Of a stretch of DNA of 64,000 nucleotides, positions 15,726-26,605 are shown one piece after another (positions within the stretch are counted from its first letter, which is position 1; each line of letters opens with the position of its first letter). The notes below the pieces were generated by a model. It saw only the letters and a list, made by a program, of their open reading frames with translations. It was not told the origin of the DNA and ran no database searches. The stretch spans positions 6,019 through 70,018 of the forward strand of contig JBAZVG010000001.1 in assembly GCA_041661005.1 (NCBI GenBank), in the 5' to 3' direction. The position numbers and the translations under genes were made by a program. The DNA comes from Minisyncoccota bacterium (GTDB lineage Bacteria; Patescibacteriota; Minisyncoccia; Phycocordibacterales; UBA9973).

Positions 15726-17963
15726 TTAAAGTTCAACTATAGCTTTGAGAAGTTCCGCTGCCCAGCGATAAATATTGTAGTTTTTTACGCTACTTCTCAT
15801 AGTTTTCATTCTTCTGGTTTGTTCTACGGGTGCCATAATAATTCCTTTATATATAGCATCACCAATTTCTTTTGTACTATAAGGATTAATAATTAAAGCA
15901 CCTTTAAGGTCATAAGAAGCACCGGTAAATTGACTTAAAATGAGTACCCCCAGCTCATCGTTTCTTTCTGCTACGTATTCTTTAGAAACTAGATTCATAC
16001 CGTCATGTAAAGAAGTAACAACACAAACGTTTGCTAATTTATAAAGTGAGTTGATATCTGGGTGACTGTATTGAATCATTTCAAGAACAATGGGTTGCCA
16101 TTCCTTTGTTCCGAATTTTTTATTGATTCGTTCTGCTTCTCGAGAAACGAGTTCTTTATATTCAAGATACTTTTCAATTTCAGAACGACAAGGTGATGCA
16201 ATTTGTAGAAAAGTAAAATGTTCACGATACTCCGGATGATTTTCAAGAAAATACTCAATACCTTTAAACCGTTCAGGAATTCCTTTAGCATAATCAAGTC
16301 TATCCACTCCGAGTCCTATAAATTTTGTTTTAATTTTTAGATTACTTAGTATTTTTTTACCTGGTAAAGTGGCGTTCTCAGAATCTTGTTCTTTGGTAAA
16401 ATCAACTCCAGTAGGGAATGATCTGATATATGAGGTGTGTTCGTCTTGAGTAATAGCGAATTTGTCAAAATCTATAAGTGACTCGACATTCTTTCCGACT
16501 GTGTCAATAAAATTATTTCCGAACTGTTGTGTATGAAAACCTATAACATCAGCACCAAGCATCCCTGTAAGAATTTCTTTTCTTTGTGGACAAATACTAA
16601 AAGCTTCTGCACTTGGCCATGGAGTATGCCAAAATATACCAATTCGTGCATCTGGACGACTTTTTTTGATCATTTGTGGCAAAAGGGTAAAATGATATTC
16701 GTTAACGATTATGATTGGTCTTTGAACATTTTTTATTTCAGAAAGCAGTATTTTCGCAAATTTTCCATTAACTTTTTTATACTCAATCCAATCTTCTTCC
16801 TTAAATATTGGTCTAGTGTGAGTGTTTAAACAAAGTGGGTATAGTCCCTCTGCTGAATAACTTTTATTGTATCCCTGTTCTTCTTTGTCGGTAAGCCAAA
16901 CTCTTTTTAAAGTATATTTTGGATTATCGGGAGGAACTTTAATAGTGTCATTTTCGTCTACTGTTTCTTTGTCGGCATCACCACTGCCGTGAGCAATCCA
17001 CATTCCTCCACAAGCTTCCATCAGTGGTTCAAGAGCCGTTAGAACTCCACCTGCTTGAGAGAAGTAATAGATACCATCTTTTCCTTTTTTGTGTGTATAT
17101 GGTTCTCCCTTGAAGACTAGAAAAACTTTCTGGTCTTTCAAATACGCTTTTACAAATTCTTTTAATCGTTCCGCTGTCCATGGAGTATCAAGTTTTTCTA
17201 AGCGCATTCGCGCTTCTTCGCTGGCTGACGATCGCGCTTGGAGCAGACTATTTGTCATGTGGGTGATCTCTTTCGCTAAAGGTTTGAAGAAGGAATATTT
17301 CGCTGTATCTTTAAAGATTTCATTTTTTCCACCCATGCGGATTTTTTTGATGGAGTCGACTAGACGAACGACTTGGCGGAAAACAAAGAATCTGAGGATT
17401 ATAAAAATAGTGATTGAGAATATTATTATTTGAACTATCAATCTTATTAGATTTCCTCTCCAAATTTCACCAATGGTTGTATTTATATATCCCGCATTTT
17501 GCACGATCATCAAGGCTCCCAAAATACTGCCCTCATCATTGTGCAATGGATCGACAAATACGTATCGCGATTCTCCGTCCGCGTCAAAAAAATCACTCTT
17601 TGGTGTGTTGCTGTCCATGGCGTCAGAAATTGATTTTGTATTTTCAATTATTGTTTTTGGCAATCCTGAAGAAGTTGCCAGGAGCGTCCCCTTGTTGTCA
17701 TAAAGGGCGATTCCTGCCAATCGTTCACGGTTAGCGAACTTGTTAACGATTTTTTGCAGAGATGTTTGGAGAGTTGCTTCTCCAGAATTGACATACGAAG
17801 GTTCCACCGATTCTTTTAGACTATCAGCTAAAAGTGAAGCTCGTTGTTCCAGGTTGATAGTCAACGTTGCGCGCTCTTCATTGACTTGTTTGAGGTTAAG
17901 AAAAAATGAAACTACAGCCACGGTCACCACCACACTACCGATGATAGCGAAAATATATCTCAT
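15726..17963 (-). CDS. otsA: Trehalose-6-phosphate synthase (GT20) with ~250-aa N-terminal membrane/extracytoplasmic extension
   Basis: The C-terminal 480 aa have the GT20 hallmarks IVNEYHFTLLP, FWHTPWPS, GADVIGFHT. The N-terminus has two TM helices bracketing a ~160-aa predicted outside segment. Confidence 0.8.
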   Translation of the reverse strand: MRYIFAIIGSVVVTVAVVSFFLNLKQVNEERATLTINLEQRASLLADSLKESVEPSYVNSGEATLQTSLQKIVNKFANRERLAGIALYDNKGTLLATSSGLPKTIIENTKSISDAMDSNTPKSDFFDADGESRYVFVDPLHNDEGSILGALMIVQNAGYINTTIGEIWRGNLIRLIVQIIIFSITIFIILRFFVFRQVVRLVDSIKKIRMGGKNEIFKDTAKYSFFKPLAKEITHMTNSLLQARSSASEEARMRLEKLDTPWTAERLKEFVKAYLKDQKVFLVFKGEPYTHKKGKDGIYYFSQAGGVLTALEPLMEACGGMWIAHGSGDADKETVDENDTIKVPPDNPKYTLKRVWLTDKEEQGYNKSYSAEGLYPLCLNTHTRPIFKEEDWIEYKKVNGKFAKILLSEIKNVQRPIIIVNEYHFTLLPQMIKKSRPDARIGIFWHTPWPSAEAFSICPQRKEILTGMLGADVIGFHTQQFGNNFIDTVGKNVESLIDFDKFAITQDEHTSYIRSFPTGVDFTKEQDSENATLPGKKILSNLKIKTKFIGLGVDRLDYAKGIPERFKGIEYFLENHPEYREHFTFLQIASPCRSEIEKYLEYKELVSREAERINKKFGTKEWQPIVLEMIQYSHPDINSLYKLANVCVVTSLHDGMNLVSKEYVAERNDELGVLILSQFTGASYDLKGALIINPYSTKEIGDAIYKGIIMAPVEQTRRMKTMRSSVKNYNIYRWAAELLKAIVEL

Positions 17964-18083
17964 TTGAGTATTTTAATACAAGTTCACTGATAAATCAAGG
18001 GGGAAGATTAAAGAAGCAAGAAATATTCGCAATATTTAGAAAGAAAATAAAAATACAAAATAATACATAAAAATGCTATTATT

Positions 18084-18539
18084 ATGGCTATGGCTCATTA
18101 TGCAGAAAACAGGAAAGCGCATTTTAATTATGAGATCTTGGAAAAATACGAAGCCGGTATTGAACTTTTGGGTTCCGAGGTGAAGTCTGTGCGAGGGGGA
18201 CAAATGTCTCTAGAGGGAGCTTTTGTCATCATCCGCGGGGGCGAGTCATTTTTAATCAATGCCAATGTCCCGCCTTATCAAGCTAAAAATGCGCCAAAGG
18301 ATTACGACGCGCTTCGCAATCGAAAACTTTTGCTTACAAAAAAAGAAATTGTCGAACTTGCAGGAAGTGAGAAGAATAAAAGTTTGACAATTGTGCCAAT
18401 TTCAGTGTATAATAAAGGTAGGAAAATCAAAATAGAAATCGCTTTAGTTAAAGGCAAGAAGAAATTTGATAAACGAGAGACACTCAAGAAACGCGATACT
18501 GATCGCGAGCTTAGACGCGAGATGAGGGGAAAAGAATAA
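18084..18539 (+). CDS. smpB: SsrA-binding protein
   Basis: AENRKAHFNYEILEKYEAGIELLGSEVKSVR is the conserved SmpB N-terminus. Confidence 0.9.
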   Translation: MAMAHYAENRKAHFNYEILEKYEAGIELLGSEVKSVRGGQMSLEGAFVIIRGGESFLINANVPPYQAKNAPKDYDALRNRKLLLTKKEIVELAGSEKNKSLTIVPISVYNKGRKIKIEIALVKGKKKFDKRETLKKRDTDRELRREMRGKE

Positions 18540-18676
18540 AGAACATTGACAAAAAAATATTAAAACATCAACTTTTTCCGGTACGGATTTTTTGAAGCTT
18601 AAAAAATCCTGAAGTTTTCGCGCCGTCGCGCTCAAAACCCCTCCAAAAGTTATGTTTTAATATTTTCATAAAACAT

Positions 18677-19077
18677 GGGGATGCAAGGCATAGACAGTTG
18701 GACTTTTGTCATTGATGCATACTGAGAATGGACGTAATCTCGTAAAAATTCGTCCAATAGCTTAATTGCAAAATTAGCTTCCAAAGTGAAAGCGGCAGTC
18801 TCTCCATACTTCGGTATGAATGACTTTGCTTTCGCTTCAGTTTCCGCTTCGGCGTAACTGATGTCTCTCTTATAGACTTCCGATATATAAGGGCAGGCAC
18901 AATATTATCGGGATAGGAGAAAGACTGTTCTGACTTTCTTTCGAAACAAAGGAACTCGATTAAAAAATATTTGGCTCGTTTAAGAATTTTTTAATTTAAA
19001 CAAAAAAGCGCGCTATGTATGTAGACTTCTTTACAAAAACCTTCTGCACGGGGATTCGATTTCCCCCATCTCCACCA
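18677..19077 (+). ncRNA. ssrA: tmRNA (ssrA), one-piece, CCA encoded
   Basis: 5' ggggatg pairs with 3' catctcc, including a G3:U70 wobble (the Ala identity element). T-arm gggga-ttcgatt-tcccc, then A-CCA. An internal ORF ...NDFAFASVSASA-TAA is a plausible tag. Located 137 nt downstream of smpB. Confidence 0.75.
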
Positions 19078-19134
19078 AAATTTTACTATCTAAACTGATT
19101 TCTCTTTTTAGATTTTTTATGTTAATCTATACGC

Positions 19135-21057
19135 ATGGATTTTAATTTTTTGAACAAAAAAGGCACGCAAAATAAAGGCAAAAAGCCGAAAAGAGAAGTT
19201 AATTTTGGGGGAAGTATTGCCGGAACAATATTTATCTTTATGCTCATCACGGCAGTATATTTGATAGTTTCTGATAGTGGAAAGGTTATTCCAGAGATTT
19301 CGATTTCAGATTTAGCAAAAAGCGTATCGGTGGGGGAGGTGAAAAAGATCTTAGTTGAAGGAGACAAGCTGACGATTACTTATAAAAATGATGAAATTAA
19401 AAAATCCAAAAAAGAAATCAGCTCTGCTCTCTCACAGACGCTTTTCAATTACGGCGTAACAAGTGAGGCGCTCGGAAAAACAGAAATTGAAATAAAAGAT
19501 GAAGGCGGATTTATGTTTTTATTTTTAAATGCTCTTCCATTCCTATTGCCGATTGTTTTTATTTTACTTTTTTTCTGGTATTTATCGCGACAGGTCAAAG
19601 GCGCCGGCATGCAAGCGCTTTCCTTCGGCCAATCCAAAGCGCGCATCACTGATCCGAATGACAAGAACAATAGAGTGACTTTCAAAGATGTGGCTGGATG
19701 CAAGGAGGCAAAAGAAGAATTAAAAGAAATTGTTGATTTTCTAAAAAGCCCAAAGAAATTTTTAGATATTGGCGCGAGGATTCCAAAAGGTGTGATTTTG
19801 ACAGGAGCTCCGGGCACAGGAAAGACATTGCTTGCAAGAGCAGTAGCAGGGGAAGCCGGCGTGCCATTCTTTCATCTGTCTGGAAGTGAATTCGTGGAAA
19901 TGTTTGTGGGTGTCGGCGCTTCTCGAGTGCGGGATCTTTTCAAAATGGCCAAAAAAGCCGCTCCAGCGATAATCTTTGTGGATGAAATAGATGCCATTGG
20001 GCGCACGCGCGGAGGAGGCTTTGGTGGTGGTAATGATGAGCGTGAGCAAACGTTAAATCAAATATTGGTTGAGATGGACGGTTTTGAACCGAACGATAAA
20101 GTTATAGTAATGGCTGCGACCAACAGGCCGGATGTTCTAGACCCGGCGCTTATCCGCCCCGGCCGTTTTGATAGAAAAGTATTACTGGATTTGCCTGATC
20201 GCGCTGATCGTGAAGAAATATTAAAAATTCATGCGGTTAAAAAACCTCTTGCAGAGGATATCAATTTAAAATTGATCGCTGAACGAACTCCGGGATTCTC
20301 GGGCGCTGATTTGTATTCACTGATGAATGAAGGTGCGATCTTGGCAGCTCGAGAGAATCGAAAAAAAGTTTTTCAATTTGATTTGATTCGAGCTATTGAA
20401 AAAGTAATGCTTGGTCCCGAACGTAAAAGTCATTTGCTTTCCAAAAAAGAAAAAGAAATTACTGCCTATCATGAGGCTGGTCACGCCCTTGTGGCTTCGG
20501 TGTTGCCTTATGCAGATCCTGTGCACAAAGTTTCAATCATTGCGCGAGGAAATGCGGGAGGGTATACCTTAAAGTTGCCACTTGAAGAGCGACGTTTACA
20601 ATCTAAAAAAGAATTTATTGATGACATTGCAATGTCACTCGGAGGATATGTGGCAGAACAAATAATATTCGGAGACATAACTACCGGTCCTTCTAGCGAT
20701 TTACAAGTAGCGACGAATTTAGCGCGAGCAATGGTTACGCGATGGGGAATGTCTGATGTAATCGGTCCAGTAGCGCTCGTCGGTGGAGGGGGTAGAGTTC
20801 AATACAATGAAACTCCAGAAAAAGAATATTCTGAAAATGTTTCTGCCAAAGTCGATGCTGAGGTTTCTAGAATAATCAGTGATGGGATAAAATCTGCCGA
20901 AAAAGTATTGATTGAGCACCGGAAAGCTTTTGATGCTATCGCGCAGAAGCTCATTGAAGTTGAAACTTTAGAACAGAAAGAATATGAAAATATACTAACC
21001 CTGCACGGTATAATGTTGAAGAAGAAAGAGATCATAACTCCATCCGAGATTTCTTAG
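19135..21057 (+). CDS. ftsH: ATP-dependent zinc metalloprotease FtsH
   Basis: Two N-terminal TMs. AAA module [23 protein letters not shown] with Walker [10 protein letters not shown]. Zn site HEAGHAL. Confidence 0.9.
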   Translation: MDFNFLNKKGTQNKGKKPKREVNFGGSIAGTIFIFMLITAVYLIVSDSGKVIPEISISDLAKSVSVGEVKKILVEGDKLTITYKNDEIKKSKKEISSALSQTLFNYGVTSEALGKTEIEIKDEGGFMFLFLNALPFLLPIVFILLFFWYLSRQVKGAGMQALSFGQSKARITDPNDKNNRVTFKDVAGCKEAKEELKEIVDFLKSPKKFLDIGARIPKGVILTGAPGTGKTLLARAVAGEAGVPFFHLSGSEFVEMFVGVGASRVRDLFKMAKKAAPAIIFVDEIDAIGRTRGGGFGGGNDEREQTLNQILVEMDGFEPNDKVIVMAATNRPDVLDPALIRPGRFDRKVLLDLPDRADREEILKIHAVKKPLAEDINLKLIAERTPGFSGADLYSLMNEGAILAARENRKKVFQFDLIRAIEKVMLGPERKSHLLSKKEKEITAYHEAGHALVASVLPYADPVHKVSIIARGNAGGYTLKLPLEERRLQSKKEFIDDIAMSLGGYVAEQIIFGDITTGPSSDLQVATNLARAMVTRWGMSDVIGPVALVGGGGRVQYNETPEKEYSENVSAKVDAEVSRIISDGIKSAEKVLIEHRKAFDAIAQKLIEVETLEQKEYENILTLHGIMLKKKEIITPSEIS

Positions 21058-21142
21058 GTTGTTATTATGTGCTATAATAAAGACATTATTAGTTTAATCA
21101 GCCGCCTGTGCGACAAAAGCTCTGGCGAGCCAAAGAAAAAAT

Positions 21143-21328
21143 ATGGCAGATTTAAAAGCTTTGTGTATGAAGTGTAGAAATGCGGAGAATAAGCCGACAA
21201 TGCAGGTGATGAAGAATGTAAAAGTGGAAGAAAAGAACGGCAGATATTCCGCAAAAGGACAATGCAGTGTTTGTGAGGGCAATCAATTCAAATTTATGTC
21301 CAAAGCAGACGCTGAGGCAATGAAATAA
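21143..21328 (+). CDS. Small zinc-ribbon-like protein
   Basis: 61 aa with CMKC...CSVC (two CxxC pairs). Preceded by a conserved ~35-nt leader also found at 21508..21557. Confidence 0.4.
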   Translation: MADLKALCMKCRNAENKPTMQVMKNVKVEEKNGRYSAKGQCSVCEGNQFKFMSKADAEAMK

Positions 21329-21557
21329 TTAGTAATTTAAAAAAATTATGAAGTTTTTGTTTTGGATTCTTGTAATATATCTTGTAGTAATCGTTTTTCT
21401 TGCGCTTACCCTTGATCACAAATTGTTTTTAGGGAATATGGGGATCTGGGCGTTTCTGTTTTTGTATTGGGTTTCTAATGTTGCAGGTTCGCACTAAACA
21501 TTATTAATTAATTTAAGCCGCCTATGCTAAAGCTATGGCGAGCCAAGCAATAAATTT

Positions 21558-21614
21558 ATGGCAAAAGGAGACGGACATAGAAAAGAGAAGAAGAAACCAA
21601 AGAAAAATAAGTAG
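21558..21614 (+). CDS. Tiny basic peptide ORF (MAKGDGHRKEKKKPKKNK)
   Basis: 18 codons read directly. Shares the upstream leader motif with 21143, and is followed by the hairpin plus T-run at 21637..21666. Speculative. Confidence 0.2.
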   Translation: MAKGDGHRKEKKKPKKNK

Positions 21615-21636
21615 CAAAATAAGTATAAAAAAGCCC

Positions 21637-21666
21637 CTATTTTTGGGGCTTTTTTATACTTGACTT
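21637..21666 (+). terminator. Rho-independent terminator-like hairpin
   Basis: aaaagcccc-tattttt-ggggctttttt, immediately upstream of the 16S leader. Confidence 0.45.
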
Positions 21667-22039
21667 ATATATTCCCTTAGCATATACTTGCTTCAGCGTC
21701 TTTCCTTTGTTGGAATGACGTTTTAATTTCCGCCAGGGGCGGATAAATAACTCTCTTTGACAATAGAATGAATTATTGAGAACAGGTGCAAGTCTGTTCT
21801 GTTTTTTTGAGTAAGCCCCGACGTAAAGTCGGGGTCCCGACCCTGAAATTTAATTTAGGCGTCGGGATAGAAATAATTTTTAGAGCAAAAGATTGAACTC
21901 TAACAAGTAACAAAAATAATACTGAGGAGCGCAAGCGACGGATGTACTGTTTTTTGTTTTGTTTCGTTCCTAAATCAAAATGCTTTGCATTTTGATCGGA
22001 CGATCCGCCTTTGGCGGATTTAGTCTGTAACTTTTATTT

Positions 22040-23590
<1,551 letters not shown>

Positions 23591-23874
23591 TTGAAAACTG
23601 TCCCAATTTTTATTTATAAAAATTGAGGATCCCGCCATAGGCGGGATCCTGGTCTCGCCCCGCGAGACTGGACTAATTGAGTCGGTATTGTGTCGCTCAA
23701 TTGACGACACAATAGTCTAAGTATGTTGTGGACTTAAAGAAACATATTGACAGAGAGGAAAGACTCTTAAGTTAAAAAGAACGAAACAAAACAAAGAACA
23801 GTTCACCCCGCCATGGCGGGGCAAGCAAACAAAAATACCTCGCGCAAGCGGGGTATTTTTGTTATAATTTTATT

Positions 23875-24846
23875 GTGCAAGAGACAAAATCTAAATCTAA
23901 AAAAGATAGTGCCAAAAAGAGAGTTGGAATATTACGTGGTGGAGTGGGGGCACATTATACAACGTCTCTCAAGCGTGGCGGAGATATTATTTCCCATATT
24001 TTTGAAAATTTAGGAGATAAATATAAAGTAGTTGATATTTTGATTGATAAAGATCACATTTGGCATCTCGGTGGACTACCTATAAGTCCTAGCGATCTAG
24101 CTCATAGAGTAGACGTGGTATGGAATACAACGCTTCCTAGTTACTCAAATATTTTAGAAAGTTTATCTATTCCAAATATTGGAGTCAGTGCTTTCTCTCA
24201 CACTTTGGAAAACAGCAAAGAAATGCTTCGTGAACATATGAAAAAAAAGGGAATTTCCATGCCTCGGTCTGTTGTTTTACCTCTTTATCAAAAAGATTTT
24301 GACGGATCGCGTGAGAGATATGCAATCAAAAAAGCGAAAGAAGTTTTTGAAAAGTTTGGATCACCTTGGATTATCAAATCCGCCTGGGCTGACGCCAGTC
24401 GAGACCGGTCTTTTACCCCCGACGCAAACATGGCTGTACATTTAGCTCATACATTTAATGAGTTGGTGGCGGGGATAGAAGACGGTGTGAACCATGAAAA
24501 AAGTATTTTAGTTGAAGAATTTATTGCGGGTAAAGTTGCTTCTGTCCATTCTGTCGCGAATTTTCGTGGAGAAAATGTTTATACTTTTCCTTTGAACAAT
24601 TTTTTCACCAATTTTTCTCAGAATGAAAAGGAAAAAATAAATGCTCTTGCAAAAGATTTACATACGCATATAGGCGCTGAACATTATTTAAAATTAGATT
24701 TTATTTTGACTCCCAGGGGTAAAGTTTATCTCTTGGAATTTGAATCTACACCCAATTTGAAATTACATTCGCATTTTTCGCAAGCCTGCAACTCCGTTGG
24801 CGCAAAAATGCACGAAGTGGTAGAACATATAATAGAACAAGTTTAA
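23875..24846 (+). CDS. ddl: D-alanine--D-alanine ligase-like ATP-grasp enzyme
   Basis: N-terminal VGILRGG...S, ATP-grasp core ILVEEFIAGKVASVH, and C-terminal HYLKLDFILTPRGKVYLLEFESTPNL (Ddl-like E-x-N-T-x-P). Starts with GTG in the ORF track. Confidence 0.6.
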   Translation: MQETKSKSKKDSAKKRVGILRGGVGAHYTTSLKRGGDIISHIFENLGDKYKVVDILIDKDHIWHLGGLPISPSDLAHRVDVVWNTTLPSYSNILESLSIPNIGVSAFSHTLENSKEMLREHMKKKGISMPRSVVLPLYQKDFDGSRERYAIKKAKEVFEKFGSPWIIKSAWADASRDRSFTPDANMAVHLAHTFNELVAGIEDGVNHEKSILVEEFIAGKVASVHSVANFRGENVYTFPLNNFFTNFSQNEKEKINALAKDLHTHIGAEHYLKLDFILTPRGKVYLLEFESTPNLKLHSHFSQACNSVGAKMHEVVEHIIEQV

Positions 24847-24916
24847 CATGGGCATGTGGCGCCCGCCTGCTTTCGCCTAAGCGAAGCGATGGCGGGCGGG
24901 TATTGGTATAGAATTT

Positions 24917-25003
24917 GCCGAAGTGGCGTAATTGGTAAACGCGCTGCGTTCAGGACGCAGTGAGGGCAACCTCGTAAGGGTTCAACTCCCTTCTTCGGCA
25001 CCA
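24917..25003 (+). tRNA. tRNA-Leu (anticodon CAG), type II, CCA encoded
   Basis: Acceptor gccgaag/cttcggc, anticodon stem ctgcg/cgcag, loop ttCAGga, long variable arm, T-arm aaggg-ttcaact-ccctt, then A-CCA. Confidence 0.85.
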
Positions 25004-25052
25004 CGGGCCGTAGCCCCGCACCAAAGCAAAGCTTGGTACGGGGTAAATATAC

Positions 25053-25125
25053 CGGGGTATAGTGTAACGGCTAACATACATGATTCGGGTTCATGTGATT
25101 CTGGGTTCGAATCCCAGTACCCCGA
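25053..25125 (+). tRNA. tRNA-Pro (anticodon CGG)
   Basis: Acceptor cggggta/taccccg, D-arm gtgt/acat, anticodon stem catga/tcatg, loop ttCGGgt, T-arm ctggg-ttcgaat-cccag. Confidence 0.85.
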
Positions 25126-25227
25126 CAATCGAGTTCGACCTGTCCCGTACGAAGCCAAAGGCTTTCGTTCGGGATTCTCGACGGCCCGACATTGCTTTGT
25201 CATTTTTTGGGGTTTATAATATGAGAT

Positions 25228-25554
25228 ATGAAGAAAGTGGTAAAGGATAAATTTAAAAACGAAGAAATGAAGCATTATTTAGATGCTTCTGCTGAGATAT
25301 ACAATGAAAACCTAAAGGGAATAAGGGAAGGTTCGATTATTACGAACAGAAAACTAGATGGCATCACAGAAACTTTAGCTAAGCATACAAAAAAATTAGA
25401 TTCACATTCAGAAATGATGGGAACCTTAATGGAAGATATGACAGTAGTCAAAGAAGATCTGTCTGTAATAAAAAGCGATTTAAAAAGAAAAGTTGATTAT
25501 GATGATTTCTTATCTTTAGTGAAAAGAGTTCAAAAGATAGAGGCAAAGTTATGA
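25228..25554 (+). CDS. Hypothetical coiled-coil protein
   Basis: 108 aa, charged and heptad-like. Confidence 0.35.
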   Translation: MKKVVKDKFKNEEMKHYLDASAEIYNENLKGIREGSIITNRKLDGITETLAKHTKKLDSHSEMMGTLMEDMTVVKEDLSVIKSDLKRKVDYDDFLSLVKRVQKIEAKL

Positions 25555-25583
25555 ATTATAAATAAACTAATTTTTTTATTAAA

Positions 25584-26033
25584 ATGAAAAGAACACTATT
25601 TGTCTCACTGACTGTAATTATCATTTTAGGATTAGGTTTAATAATATTTTTTCATTATAACAAACCTGATCTTATAATTGAGAATATAGTAACTAAACCA
25701 CCTGGAATATTAGATGTATCTATTAAAAATATAGGGAGGCAAGATGTAGTTGGAAGAGTCTATCTTTGTCTGATTGATACTGGTAGTTACAAAAACAAAG
25801 GGAAAAATCTACAGGACACGCCATGTGATCATGCAGAATTAGTAAACATGGATCTCAAAGGTCAACCAGGAGATGTATTGCCGATAAAGAAGGACGAAAC
25901 ACTAAGTTTTTCAGTTTATGGATATAGTTACTTTGGTCCCATATATGCTTATATAGATAAATCAAGTGAGGTGTCTAGCACTAATTTAGTATTAGAATCT
26001 AATGAAGGCAATAATTTATTTATTTTAAAATAA
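25584..26033 (+). CDS. Secreted CARDB-like domain protein
   Basis: Signal/TM anchor, then IENIVTKPPGILDVSIKNIGRQDV ... LVLESNEGNN (E-x-N-E-x-NN is a CARDB hallmark). Confidence 0.45.
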   Translation: MKRTLFVSLTVIIILGLGLIIFFHYNKPDLIIENIVTKPPGILDVSIKNIGRQDVVGRVYLCLIDTGSYKNKGKNLQDTPCDHAELVNMDLKGQPGDVLPIKKDETLSFSVYGYSYFGPIYAYIDKSSEVSSTNLVLESNEGNNLFILK

Positions 26034-26133
26034 CAAGTAACCAAATTGTTTTTATCTGTAGCGGGTGGTCGCACTCACATAGGCACATATGTTGGAGTTT
26101 CGCCATCACCCGCTTCAAATGAAAATAATTGAA

Positions 26134-26172
26134 AACCCTTCACCAAAATTTTGGTGAAGGGTTTTGTTTTTC
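26134..26172 (+). terminator. Rho-independent terminator
   Basis: aacccttcaccaaaa-ttttggtgaagggtt followed by ttgtttttc. Confidence 0.55.
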
Positions 26173-26420
26173 GTACATTATAAAAATTTTAGAGTCCGAA
26201 TATTTTTCTGCTGAAAAATTTCTCAAGACTCGCGCCGTCGCGCTCCGTAGCCTCTAAAATCTTTACAATGTACTCAAACTTGAATTTGACTTATCCACAG
26301 TTTTGTTTAAAAAAGTATTGTTTTACATTTTAATAAGGAACATAATTAAAGTGTTTTCGCAATAGAAATTTAAGGTCGTCTTTTATTGCAAACTATTTAG
26401 AAAATTAATTTATAAATACT

Positions 26421-26510
26421 ATGGCAAAAAAAAGAAAGAAAGCAGTAAAGAAGGGAAAGAAGCGAACAGCAAAAAAAGGAAAGAGAAAAGCTACAAAGAG
26501 ACGAAGATAG
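26421..26510 (+). CDS. Very basic 29-aa protein (MAKKRKKAVKKGKKRTAKKGKRKATKRRR)
   Basis: Read directly. A terminator hairpin cccgc-tac-ggcggg plus T-run follows at 26527..26556. Absent from the ORF track because it is under 60 aa. Confidence 0.4.
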   Translation: MAKKRKKAVKKGKKRTAKKGKRKATKRRR

Positions 26511-26605
26511 TTTCAGTTTAAAAAGATCCCGCTACGGCGGGGTTTTTTTGTTTCTTACCCCGCACTGAGCTTCGCTCTAGTCTTGGGTTGTGCTAATATA
26601 TAAAA

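Noticed and set aside
18709-18900. ORF 18709..18900 (-)
   Set aside because: It is antisense within the tmRNA gene.
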